Assembly (NCBI GenBank): GCA_047495785.1 | Contig: JBLDXI010000064.1 | Span: 186,001 to 250,000 of the forward strand | DNA from: Lepidodermella squamata | Lineage: Eukaryota > Animalia > Gastrotricha | DNA: 64,000 bases | Direction: 5' to 3' | Shown: positions 1-11,085 of the stretch, piece after piece | Position numbering within the stretch: position 1 is the stretch's first letter | Layout: each line of letters opens with the position of its first letter | Program-made: the position numbers and the translations under genes | Notes under the pieces: model-generated | Told to the model about the DNA's origin: nothing | Seen by the model: the letters and a program-made list of their open reading frames with translations, nothing else | The model's database searches: none

Positions 1-499
1 GAAAATCGACAACCACATGCTATTCTAAGGCCCGATGCGCATATTTCCCATCAGTTACTGATTTCAGTGAAATTTTCAATTTCGCTATTTTTTTAAATAT
101 AGTATTGTCGTCAAAAATATAGGTCGAGTCGCTATGACAATTCGATATTTTACGGTATAACATATCGTTTCCGACTTTCAAAGTTTGTGAAGTTGTAGCA
201 GCCGTTGTAGCCGCATCTCTACAACGGCTGATCTACAACGCGAGGTGAAATACTTTCGGACGAAGAGCTTATAGGAAGGGGCGCATTTTCCGAGCCGATA
301 TCAATGCTTTTATCGATGAAAATGGCTTCGAAAATAGCCTCGAATAAATTACTGGTAATTCTGCCTAACAAGTAGCCTAACAAAAAAAAATTAATTAATT
401 AATCTCTCAAACTCAGCAAAACTGCCCATTTACATGGCATGATGAATCGAGTTTCACTTTCGACGCAGCGCAGTGATGTTAAATTTGACGGCTGAGTTT

Positions 500-580
500 C
501 TATCGACAAGTGAATTTGCTTGCTGTCGAATCGAAACATCGGATGTGCGGCTGCTCGGTGATCGGAACAGTAACTGCGAG
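500..580 (-). pseudogene. Relic exon of the 4-Cys repeat family (exon-7 type)
   Basis: Encodes AVTVPITEQPHIRCFDSTASKFTCR*, matching VAVPVSEKPHIRCFDSATGKFNACR of the gene at 22654-26018; premature stop, no neighbouring exons found. Confidence 0.7.
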
Positions 581-1206
581 TTGCAAAGTTGCGAGTTGCA
601 AAATGCGAGTTGTGTATAAAGTGCTCCCTCGTTTGTAGACCACGATGATTACGACGATTTCGATGTTGAATCGAGCGAAATTACATGTTCTAGACGCTAC
701 CATCCAGATGGTGAAGAAATTTTAAAGATACTTACGACGACCTCTGGAATGATACCAATAAGCGAAGCGCGACAAAAGAAACTCGCCACTACAGTGCTCC
801 CTCGATTAGTGCACGGGGTCGGGGCTGTGGGTCTTGCACTTATCCAGGGTTGCAGCTAACGAGGGCTGTTAAAGAGCTAGTGATGAATCATAAGTGCGTA
901 ACTACGTTTTTTTCTTAGTTGCTAAGGAGACGTTGTTTTTAGTGGTTAGCCATATCTGAAACCAAGCCCGGGATCAATTTTTAAGGATCCGTATTTTTTT
1001 TCTTAAAAGTATCTGTTGCCAGTAATGGATTGAAAATGATCGTTGGTCCACTGGGGTCATTCGGATTATGTTTCGGATCAATGGCCTTTGGCCTTTTGTA
1101 GCAATCATGGTAATTAGGTTGCTTTTCTCATGATTTAATCAATACCAAAATAATTTTTTAAATCGGGCTGGTAGTTATTACCATGTCAACATTTAAAGCA
1201 GAATGA

Positions 1207-2055
1207 GGATTTTGGGGTCAATCAAAAAAGGGCAAAATTTTTCCTTTCAATACTCATTTCGTAAAACAGCTCTGCCGAATACCCGCTGCGGCGAGGGACG
1301 AGCTCGTGAAACGAGAATTCTATCTAGATCCTCCAAGCCTGATCCTCACTAAAACAGCTATTCGTCACTTTCTTAAACTAAAATTCGAGGACAACCATAT
1401 TCTGCTGAAGACTGCTTTCGAAATAATTGATTCTAACAAAAATCTATATAAACACATCTTCAAAAATTTACCAGAAGATGTTGAAAAATTAGGCGGAAAA
1501 GAAATTTTTAACGCTACATCTAAATTTGAGGGCCTAGCCCTGCTTGAGAGATGGTACGAGAAATGGGTCGAAAATGATAAATTTTCGACGGCCTCTTCTC
1601 TGAAATCGCTCTACCAAAATCCTGTCTACTCTGAAGAGAAATTCGACAAACTATTAATATACTCTAGTACGCGGCAAGCTTTCTGGTCAATTAAAAATAT
1701 TCAAACTCTAGCGATGATCAGAACTAATTCCGTACACAAACCGTTTTGCTACATAAATAACTTCGGCCTTAGATGTATCTTCTGCTTGAAAAATAGTAAT
1801 AATCCCGCCCTATCTCTAAATAGCTTCTCGGACTCTGTCGAATTGCTAACACACCTATATGTAGAATGTAACCACTTGCCATTGCTATATAATATTAATA
1901 ACGCCGAAATAAAACCCGATAAACGCGACATTATCAATTCTATAATTCGTTGCGAATCCAGCGGCTCTGCCCATCTTTCAAAAATACTATCTCTCGCCTA
2001 CAGTTACCGTACGACGTTAAAGCTACATATATATCCTTCTACCTTAACTACCTAA
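1207..2055 (+). CDS. C-terminal fragment of a non-LTR ORF2 with a CCHC-type zinc motif
   Basis: CIFC...ELLTHLYVEC matches the C-x2-C...H-x4-C knuckle at the C-terminus of non-LTR reverse transcriptases; no ATG, frame begins at the TSD. Confidence 0.65.
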   Translation, partial: GFWGQSKKGKIFPFNTHFVKQLCRIPAAARDELVKREFYLDPPSLILTKTAIRHFLKLKFEDNHILLKTAFEIIDSNKNLYKHIFKNLPEDVEKLGGKEIFNATSKFEGLALLERWYEKWVENDKFSTASSLKSLYQNPVYSEEKFDKLLIYSSTRQAFWSIKNIQTLAMIRTNSVHKPFCYINNFGLRCIFCLKNSNNPALSLNSFSDSVELLTHLYVECNHLPLLYNINNAEIKPDKRDIINSIIRCESSGSAHLSKILSLAYSYRTTLKLHIYPSTLTT

Positions 2056-2360
2056 TTCTGACTGGGTCCTTGATTTTGGTTAAAATAAATGTAAGTAAAA
2101 TATCGCTCTCATAAATTATATTAAAATATATTATCTGCACGTGTGATTGTGACGTCTGAATCTGTAATATATTTCGAACGACGCACGCGTATACCTCTCG
2201 ACGCCTATCTATATGTTATATCTATCTATATGTTATCTATACGTTATACGTTATATCTATATGTTATATCGCCAAAGAGTTGTGATATTTGTGGTGCGCC
2301 CAAAGCCCAACCGTGTCCGGTGCTTTTTATTTCTTTTGAAACAATAAAACAAACAGCTTG
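1208..2360 (+). mobile_element. 5'-truncated non-LTR retrotransposon with 17-bp target-site duplication
   Basis: ATTTAAAGCAGAATGAG at 1191-1207 and 2361-2377; reading frame open from the left junction to 2055; 3' UTR with TATCTATATGTTATA repeats and AATAAA near the end. Confidence 0.8.
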
Positions 2361-2626
2361 ATTTAAAGCAGAATGAGTGCTCGAATAAATTTGAGATTTC
2401 TGGAATTATTGCACTATTAAAATTCTCTAATTTGCCAAGTCATTAAATCATCCACTATCCACCGTTCCATCAATGAGATTGTAGTAGTTGTGAATGAAAA
2501 AAATCACGAATAAGTCAGACGCGTGCACACTATCAATCGCTCTCTCAATAATCTAAGATAATAATAATAATAATAATAATTTTATTTCGAAATTGCTTTC
2601 AGGATTAGAAGGGCAGGCCACTAACA

Positions 2627-5527
2627 CTAACCCAGTAGTAGTTTACATTTAATATAGGATTTAAGATCCACGCGAAAAATATTTGCTTTGAAGATTTCAT
2701 TACGTACTTTAACAGGGAGAGAATCAGAAAAATCAAAAACACTCGGGTGAAGATTATTCCATATTTCAATGTTACGATTAAGAAAGAAATTTTTATACAC
2801 TGGTTTAGTAGCATTACGGAAGGTATTATTGGGATTTTTTACAATATAGCGAAAACGATGCCCACGATTGCTATTTGTTAAGAAGATAATGTTGTTTTTC
2901 AGAGTTGTGTTTACAGAGCCATTTATTATTTTGTAAAGAAAACAGAGATCATTAATAATGCGACGTTCCTCAAGCGAGCGAATATTAAGATATGTAAGCC
3001 TTTGTGGATAAGTAGAACGGTTTTGGTCCCGAATCGAGAATCCAAGAGCTCGTCTCGTGAAGTAGGACTGCAATTTTTCTATCGCAACAATATTTTCCTT
3101 TAAATATGGTGACCAGACGCTGGAACAATACTCAAGAAGAGGGCGAACATAGACACAGTATGCCCATTTAAGGGTTTCAGCAGATTGCCCCTGAAGCGCA
3201 CGTAAAATTAAATTAGCTCTGAGATACGCTTTTTTTATAGCTTCATTACACTGGGCTTTGAACGATAATTTCTCGTCAACAAGCAAACCTAAATCTTTAT
3301 AACTGGAGCATTTTTTAAGAGGCACGCCACCAAGAAGATAATTAGTTTTTGGATTTTTAGACCCGACATGTAAGATTGCACATTTTTCTAGCGAAAGTTT
3401 GAGTTGCCAACTACTGATCCATTTGAAGAGGTTCTCAAGCGATAAGACAAGGCGGTCAGTTTTACACAAATCGTCGCGGCTAAATACGATATAAATTTTA
3501 CAATCGTCTGCAAAGAGCTTAATTGAGACACCTTGAGGTAGCGAATCGGCCAAGTCATTTATATAAATTAAAAACAACAGAGGGCCAAGGACCGATCCCT
3601 GAGGAACACCACTTGGAACGTCACATTCATCGCTAAATACTCCATTCACACAAACTTTTTGTTTTCGACCACTAAGGTACGATGCAAGCCATTCAAGCAG
3701 TTCTCCACTGACTCCAATCGACTCAAGTTTAAGTAATAATTTTCTGTGACACACGGAGTCGAAAGCCTTAGCAAGATCAACATATACAATATCAACGCAA
3801 TCTGAACATTCGACCGCAAACGCCCAGTCAAGGAAAGATTCCAACATTTGGGTTGTAGTTGACTTGAAACGCATGAAACCATGTTGGGTTGGCGATATAA
3901 GATTATGGTACAGAAGGTAGTCAAGCAAGTGATTTCTGATAATAGTTTCAAGAACACGACACATTGTACACGTTAGCGAAATTGGTCGATAATCAACAGG
4001 ATATTTTGAGTTTCCTTTTTTAGGCACAGGGGTCACAAACGCGGATTTCCATTCATCTGGAACGACACCTTTAGCAAGTGAAAGCGATAAAATTCGGGTA
4101 ATGGGAGTAACCAAGCAAGATTTCAAGTTTTTGAAGAAAATTGATGGCAATCCATCGGGACATAAAGAATAAGAATTAGATAGATCAGAGAGCACTTGTA
4201 ATACCATTTTTTCATCGATTGGAATAGACGTAATTTTATCAACAATGTTCGAGCTTAAGGTGGGCGTGTGCATATCATCAAGCGTAAATACAGTAGAAAA
4301 TTGATGATTCAGAGCATTGGCCTTTTCAGAGTCTTCGGTACACAATTTACCGTTGGAATGGATTAGTGGTGGAATACTAGAATGATTCGATAATTTTGAA
4401 TTTACAAAGCCATACATCTTCGATATGTCTCTTGAAGCAATCATTGACCTCACATTTTCACGTTCAAATTTTTCGACAGCACATTTATATTCAGAAGCCA
4501 AGCGATTGTAATGAGCAAGGAGAGACACGTAATAAGGTGACGATTTATCAGAACGATTTGCTCTCAATTTTTTCCAAGACGCCAATTTTTTACTCCCCAG
4601 TTTTCGAATATATTTGGGATATTTGTATTTTCTTGGAGAGTCACATTTTAACGGTACAAATTTTACAACCAAAGAATTAAGAAGGGAAATAAATTTAACA
4701 TAACATTTATGTATATCATCATAACAGTCGTAAAAGAAATCATACCATGAGAAAGAATTTAAACATTCGATAATTTTTGGAAAATTAGCCTTTCGAAAGT
4801 TACGCGTTTTATCATTAATTTGCGGGGGTGTTAAGGTTACGTCAATTTCAAATTTTAAAGAAGAGTGAATACTAGTGGAGAAATTTTCTATTACAGACAG
4901 ATTGTACACACTACGTTCTGCATTAGTTAGAAGGACATCGAGAATCTTGTCGTTACAAGTTGGTTCAGTAACTAGCTGACTGAAAGAGTTTTCAAAGAAG
5001 CATTCGATAAATAAGGTCTCCATTCTTCGATAACTTTTGACCGTATCAGTCCAATCAATTTTACCCAAGTTAAGGTCAGCTAACAGGTAAATCGGCTGAA
5101 CGCACTTAGCAAGGTAAGATATTGCAGAACACAAAACAGAGCCGTACTCAAAGTCGGTTTGAGAAAAATAAGGCGGGCGATAAAACCCGACAAATCTCTT
5201 GGTACAATTTTTTGAGAAGAAAACGTCTATGGCGATAATTTCGGCTTCATTTAATTCAGAAGGAATTTCAACACGGACAAAATTCAATTCTTTTTTTATC
5301 AACATGCAGACACCGCCACCACCACATTTTGTACGATCATTTCGAATTACAACATACTCTTTATTACACAACATGCCATCAGTAACCGTAGGATTTAGCC
5401 AAGTTTCAGCTATGATGATGATGTCATAAACACCCTGATTTAGAAGGTTTAAAAGTTCGGGAAGTTTGTTTTTCAAGCTACCAGCATTGCAGAAAAAGAC
5501 ACGGCAGCGTGTTAGGCCTGCTGTGGC
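2627..5527 (-). CDS. LINE ORF2: AP endonuclease + reverse transcriptase
   Basis: Endonuclease motifs CNAGSL, AETWL, RNDR..GGGV, YRPP, ADLN; RT motifs PKKG, YRPISLT, QHGF, DLAKAFDSV, GVPQGSVLGPLLF, FADD, DLG; uninterrupted frame that extends upstream to the ORF1 stop. Confidence 0.95.
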   Translation of the reverse strand, partial: ATAGLTRCRVFFCNAGSLKNKLPELLNLLNQGVYDIIIIAETWLNPTVTDGMLCNKEYVVIRNDRTKCGGGGVCMLIKKELNFVRVEIPSELNEAEIIAIDVFFSKNCTKRFVGFYRPPYFSQTDFEYGSVLCSAISYLAKCVQPIYLLADLNLGKIDWTDTVKSYRRMETLFIECFFENSFSQLVTEPTCNDKILDVLLTNAERSVYNLSVIENFSTSIHSSLKFEIDVTLTPPQINDKTRNFRKANFPKIIECLNSFSWYDFFYDCYDDIHKCYVKFISLLNSLVVKFVPLKCDSPRKYKYPKYIRKLGSKKLASWKKLRANRSDKSSPYYVSLLAHYNRLASEYKCAVEKFERENVRSMIASRDISKMYGFVNSKLSNHSSIPPLIHSNGKLCTEDSEKANALNHQFSTVFTLDDMHTPTLSSNIVDKITSIPIDEKMVLQVLSDLSNSYSLCPDGLPSIFFKNLKSCLVTPITRILSLSLAKGVVPDEWKSAFVTPVPKKGNSKYPVDYRPISLTCTMCRVLETIIRNHLLDYLLYHNLISPTQHGFMRFKSTTTQMLESFLDWAFAVECSDCVDIVYVDLAKAFDSVCHRKLLLKLESIGVSGELLEWLASYLSGRKQKVCVNGVFSDECDVPSGVPQGSVLGPLLFLIYINDLADSLPQGVSIKLFADDCKIYIVFSRDDLCKTDRLVLSLENLFKWISSWQLKLSLEKCAILHVGSKNPKTNYLLGGVPLKKCSSYKDLGLLVDEKLSFKAQCNEAIKKAYLRANLILRALQGQSAETLKWAYCVYVRPLLEYCSSVWSPYLKENIVAIEKLQSYFTRRALGFSIRDQNRSTYPQRLTYLNIRSLEERRIINDLCFLYKIINGSVNTTLKNNIIFLTNSNRGHRFRYIVKNPNNTFRNATKPVYKNFFLNRNIEIWNNLHPSVFDFSDSLPVKVRNEIFKANIFRVDLKSYIKCKLLLG

Positions 5528-6208
5528 CTAGATGGCCTTCTTGCTTTTAGATGGCAACGCAGCAGGAATCGGGTCTTCGACGAGAGAACCATCGCCAAAG
5601 CTGTATGAGAAAGAACCAACCGACGTTATCAGTTGAAATCCACCTTGACCGAAAGCAATTTTAAGATTCTTGTTCGTCTGCTTCAAATCCTCAATTTTTT
5701 CCCGGAAAAGTTTACTAGCCGTTGAGCGATGCTTAGTACGACAAGGACGACAGGTGATGCCATCTTGTTTGACCTCAGTAGGCTTGTATTTCTCAAGCAC
5801 GGTTTTCAGGAGGCCATGGTTTGACTTGATTTCGAGTTTGATAGGCCTGGCATTTTCACGGGTCGGACGACCCGAAACACGTTTTCCCAGTCGAAAACAG
5901 TTGAATTCAGCGTCATGTAACTCCGGTATTTCCTGACGGATTTTCTCCGGTAGCTTATCCGGCTTTTCTTCGCCGGGATCGATAACGCCGAACACGACGA
6001 TGGAATTAGCAAGCTTGCTTTCCTCAAGTTGATTGACACGTAGTTGCAAATCATTAATAACCTTGGTCTGATCGGTCACTGTCGTTCGGAGTTGCTCGAC
6101 TTCAGACTTGAGCTTTACAAGTTCCATGGTAAAATGCTCCTTGATACGTACTTCCGTGCCCGTCATCAGCCGTTCGAGCCTAGACCATTCGGCCTCGTCA
6201 ATAGGCAT
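5528..6208 (-). CDS. LINE ORF1 (coiled coil + RRM-like region)
   Basis: Heptad-rich N-terminus followed by NSIVVFGV...FRLGK...RPIKL, typical of LINE ORF1 proteins; lies directly upstream of ORF2. Confidence 0.85.
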   Translation of the reverse strand: MPIDEAEWSRLERLMTGTEVRIKEHFTMELVKLKSEVEQLRTTVTDQTKVINDLQLRVNQLEESKLANSIVVFGVIDPGEEKPDKLPEKIRQEIPELHDAEFNCFRLGKRVSGRPTRENARPIKLEIKSNHGLLKTVLEKYKPTEVKQDGITCRPCRTKHRSTASKLFREKIEDLKQTNKNLKIAFGQGGFQLITSVGSFSYSFGDGSLVEDPIPAALPSKSKKAI

Positions 6209-6228
6209 GTTGGCAAAGTGCCAGTATA

Positions 6229-7899
6229 CAGTGCTCCCTCGTTAGTGGCACCCTCCTTAAACGAACTCCCTCGTTTGTAGACCGTAATTTTGGACCCTGC
6301 TAAATAAATTAGTTGTAAATTTTTAATTAAACAAATAATAATTATTTGATAGATTAAAAAAATTAAGCGTGAAAAATTAGCGTTCCTAGAAACCTAGCGT
6401 CGCGTTGTCGTGGTTTTGAGAGATCCAGTTATTTCAAGTTTAGTCCAAACGAGTTGAAAGATCATCAGTGCATTAAGCTGTTCCTGTGGCTTTGAAATGG
6501 CTGTGATTACGCAACAGAGTGTGTGGATTAGCTGCCACTCAAGTCGTCTTGTTTTTTTGTTAAACTTTTTCATCAGAAATTACGCCAGTTTATCAGACAA
6601 AATCAGCAATTCATTTCAATAACTATAAAAATGCCCGTCAATCTTCCATCTCCTTGATTTGCAGATTTTTCTTCACGTCAATTGCTGATCAACTAAAAGG
6701 CTCATCTGAACTGCCCTGATTTTTCATTTTTTAGCTTTTTCCCGGCCAGAAAATCTCTTGACATTTACCAGCATTATTAGCATGATCAAATCGGGATATA
6801 AATCGTGTTTTTTTAAGGAAAATGAAACTTCCTAATTTTGTTCCCGGCTGGGTTGCGTAATCATGAAGAATCATGTCCTTGTTTTAAGATTTATTTTAAT
6901 TTCGATACATGGATTCATTCTCATAAAATTAGACCGATTTCATTCGTTCCAGTTTCCCTGAGTTATTGGAATTATTAGCCGATTTTCGATAGTCGATAGG
7001 CCTGATCTAACATGAAAATGGCTGCCACTACTCTACGATTTCATTCCTCAACGTCTTGGCAATTTTACGGGTTTTTTCACAACTTTTAATCATTCAATTT
7101 TGACTTTGAAAATCGCAACATCCCGAGGAGGGGCGGCGGGAGCTTCTGCCCGATTTTGTACCTTGTCCTGATCTTAATAGGCCAGTTGAATGAAAACGAG
7201 ATCACGCCTGAGAAGATACAAATTTATTCTATATTCAATCTAAACATCCTCTTGTTCCCTCTTCCCTCTTGACGGAACCACACGCCTTATGCCTTGAAAT
7301 CGGCCCGTGATTGCTCAATGCCATTAATTCGATGAATTTAAAAAAGAAAAATTCAGGTTAACCGCGAAAAAATTGTCGAAAATACATTATTCATCCTAAT
7401 TGTTTCAATTTTCATTTTTTAACTAATTCTACGAAGTATTCTGGTCAATCTTGACCGAGGTGATTGATTTTTTAAGCTGTGATTTCAAATGAAATTTGTT
7501 TGCGAAATCGGACGAGCTTGGCATTTTTGAAGTAAATTGAAATGATGAGATTCCAGGTTTTTTTTATTCTGAGTTCGTTAACCCCAGGCAGGACTTGAAA
7601 TCAGAGTAAAAAACAAGGCTAACCAGTCAAATCAAAGCCGCCCTGGCAAATAAGAATAAAAACTTGGCGACGAACTTACAATTCATAGTGTTACTGTTTC
7701 ACAGCCTTCAGCGAGCGAAATTTGTAATGACACGTAATCCGTGTCCGTCTCTTTCTGCGCGTTGGCATGCCAACTGTCTTAAGTCGTAGAAACGGTCTAT
7801 TTTTAGCTTCTGCATTCAATTACAGCCCTCGTTATAGCTTTCCCTTGTTTAAAGACCGGGTCTGGCTCCCGACCCAGTGCTTTTATCGAGGGAGCACTG
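6229..7899. mobile_element. Second TA-flanked element of the same family as 792-13253, in opposite orientation
   Basis: TA|CAGTGCTCCCTCG at 6229 and CGAGGGAGCACTG|TA ending at 7899; its right end resembles the 792 end and its left end resembles the 13253 end; no intact ORF. Confidence 0.8.
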
Positions 7900-8136
7900 T
7901 AGTAAATTTGAGAGAGGGTTATCAAATGTGTGTAAAAACACAAAAAATTCAATTTACGTTTAGAATGAAATCGCGTGAGTAGCGAGAAGATAAAAAACGT
8001 TTATCTGTAAACAGCGTAGAAAGTAGGAATTTTCCTGAGGGGGGGATAGAGTATTTTGGTCAAAAAATTTCGCTCGCGAACGCTACGCGTTCGCTCGCAT
8101 CATCTATTCACATTCTTCCTATATTTCTCAAAGCAT

Positions 8137-8207
8137 TCTTTGTCCTTGGAATCGAACCAAGATTTCCGCCTTTTAGGGGCAGCGTCCTACCATTGGACGA
8201 GACAAAG
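8137..8207 (-). tRNA. tRNA-like gene with a complete cloverleaf; nominal anticodon TAA, atypical C33, short variable loop
   Basis: Acceptor CTTTGTC/GACAAAG, D stem GTCC/GGAC with AATGGTA loop, anticodon stem CTGCC/GGCGG with CCTAAAA loop, T stem CTTGG/CCAAG with TTCGATT loop; A- and B-box-like sequences present. Confidence 0.75.
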
Positions 8208-8243
8208 CTAATTTTGAGATTGAATTCATCCTAATTCTATCAA

Positions 8244-11026
8244 TTATTTTCGTATAAAAATGGTGGACCTGATTTTCTCCACCGGCGAGTCGATTGGAGC
8301 CGGAAGACGGGCTTGATCACGGGCACTGCGACGACCCTTCTGCAGCCATGAGCGCACGAATTGAGTTGGGTCGAAGTTGTGAATCGCAGGCCCATTAATA
8401 CACACGAACATCAGAGCTATAAATCAGAGTTTTTTAATTCCAGTATTTACGAATCATCAAATTGAAACTTACAGGACATGGTAACAACGTAAAGCCTATT
8501 GCGATCGTCTGATTGAGTGCGGTTCATTTCAGAAAATCCACGCTCACAGTCAGACGAAGTGACGGCGACTGTCTTCAACTTTATCATGAGCTGACCAAGC
8601 GCTGACGATTGCAGGGGTTCGCGACCTTCTTTCCAATCGCGTAGATCCTTCGTCACCGCCCACCAATCAAGGCCAAAAGAATTTGCCAGAGTTTCGACTT
8701 CGAACTCGCCGAACTTGAGGAACTTGACACTTGATCGTGGCGGCCAGTTAAGCGGGACGAGGGCTGAAGCTGCTTCCAGAAATTTCTGCGATGTCGAGAC
8801 ACGTTCGCGCAGGCTTTCAGCCATCTTGCTGGATAGCTTCAACTTTGTTGCTGAAAACGCTGCAAGGGCGGCATCAGTGCAGTTTCGAAGAGGAATGCCG
8901 TTCAGCTGTTTTTCGGCGTAGGAGCTCATGAGATTTGACACGCTCACACCGTCAGACACGCCCATGTTGTCGAGGTGCTCAATAGTTCGCCTTATATGAG
9001 GCCAAACGTCCAGGGGCGACGATTCGGACCTCTGAAGGGTCAGGGATAACCAGGTCATCTCTCGTAAGGCATCATGAATGAACGCCAGCTGAGCGAGAAA
9101 GGTGAAGTCCGTCAATGAGTTCACGATCTTCTTGAGGCGGTCAACCTTGTCATTCTTCTTCTTCGACTTCGCCGTTTGAATCTTTCCACTTAGGTGCTTG
9201 AAGATCGCTGGAATGTTGTTAGCCAGCGCGTCGAGAGAACGGAAACTGGAATACGCCCAGCGAACATCCAGAAGACGCTGCATCGTTTTGATGACGATGC
9301 CAAAATCGTCGGCGATGAGTTTCAGTTCACGCAACGCCTTCGGTGAGCGTGAGTAGTAGGCATAAATGTCATTCACTAAATCAGTGAAAATCTTGACAGC
9401 GAGGTTGCCTTGAAGAGCGTCACGGATAGCCAGTTCCAACCGATGAGCGAGACAGTGAATAACGAAGACAAGACTTCGATACTTGCGCTGCATAAGTTTG
9501 GCTGTATTCATTTAAAAAAATCAAAATTTCAGAAATTAAACAATTTAAACAATTTAAATTTAATTCAATAATTTAATTTAATTTCACTTTAATTTAGTTT
9601 CAAACAAGTTGAACAAGTGGAAAATACCTGCTCCTTTGACTTCCCCCATCATGACTGACGCCCCATCCATTGCCATTCCTATAAGGTGAACCTCGAGAAA
9701 TTCATCACTGAGACCGGCTTCATTGAGAGATTTGATTATTGAGTCGCAGATTGTCAGCGCGTCCATACCCTCCAACTCGACGAGGTCGAAAAACCAGTTG
9801 CAAGGTACGTCATTTTCGACCGTTCTCAAGTAAATGATCAGCGATGATTTCTTCGACTTGGTGGTAGATTCGTCGACCATGAGACAAATATCTCTCTTCT
9901 CCCTGAGAATGTGATTACAAAGTTCCGATTTCATTTCGTCGCTGATATGAATGGCGATGTCATGAGAAGAGACTTTAGAGAATAAGAGTGTTCCCATGTC
10001 GAGGCCGTTCAGACGTTGCAGGCAAACTAAACTTTCGTGCTTTTCGAAGGCGATTCGCTCCTTTACCTCCCAATAGACTGTTCGAAAAGTACGAAAAGTT
10101 TCTACCGCATTGCGCTGTAGTCGCGAGTTGATCTTTTCATTAGCCTCGTTGAATCGCTGCTTGATTGTGTGGCGCTCGGATTTCACTGCCTCTTGAAACG
10201 CAGCTTTATGAGCATCTGACTCAACATGATTCGAGATTTTTTCCCACACCTTTTGCCGCTTGACGCCACATTCGATACCAACCGTCGTCCATTCCTTAAC
10301 AAAATGAAGACCTCGAGGCAATTTATGACCTTAAATTCAAAACAGATATTCAAAATTGATTGAAAAAAAATCAAAATTAAATTACCCATTTGACATAATG
10401 AGCAAAACAGCTTTCCGGTTTTGCAGTATGTCCCTACGCCATCTAGATCTAGAATTTCGGATTCAACCCATTGACGGAATTGTTTAGGCGATTCTTTCCA
10501 GGGCGGATGTGTTTCGTCAGAACTTTTACGTGCTGCATCACGCATTTTGAGCAGAGTTCGTCTTTCAAAGCTGTTTCGCGTTATTTTCGACGGTGGTAAG
10601 GGGTCAACAGCTGGTTCTTCGTCGCTCAGGAACACTGACTCCGAGCTCAGCAGCGACGCAACGTCATCGACATCGTAAGACTCGATAGGACGAGACTTTT
10701 TAAGTTCACCAGGGGTTTGCGATGGCCTATTAGAGGTGAAACCAGAGCGTTTCGATACTGAATCTAAGAAAGATATGCATATCAAAAATGGTTGTTAGGT
10801 AATTGATCAGGATTACCTCGAGGATCAACGTTAGACATGGAGGAGATTGCACGGCTAGGACCAGCTTCACTTGAATCATCTCGTTTCCTGGTTGCAACGG
10901 ATTTTGGACGTTCTAAAGCTATTATAAAGATTAAAAAAAGAGAGAAAGATAATTATTACCTTGATCCTCTTTTCCCTGAGAGGCAGCTGACTTTGCGAAA
11001 AATGAATTAATTTTGCTTTGAGCCAT
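8244..11026 (-). CDS. hAT transposase, ZNF862/KIAA1586-like, six exons
   Basis: Spliced frame MAQSKINSFF...IFIRK* through GT-AG introns; motifs LFCSLC...H...H, VDEST, MDGASVM, HCLAHRLELA, VRW, SSDCERGFS. Confidence 0.88.
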
Positions 11027-11085
11027 AATAAACAAACAACAGATTAAAATCTGAGAATAAAAAAATTCCGTAGTAAAAAAATGGG

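Larger units (their letters stand above)
2558..6228 (-). mobile_element. CR1/L2-group LINE, two intact ORFs
   Basis: ORF1 plus APE-RT ORF2, short 3' UTR, AATAAA followed by an (ATT)n tail at 2558-2580; 5' end abuts the TA of the element at 6229. Confidence 0.9.

Noticed and set aside
6400-7400. Transposase remnant inside the inner TA element
   Set aside because: No convincing open frame or DDE motifs by eye; needs a translated search.
8171-8177. tRNA-like gene as an amber suppressor for the LINE UAG at 5528
   Set aside because: The loop CCTAAAA contains CTA only out of register; positions 34-36 read TAA, and the two elements are independent insertions.
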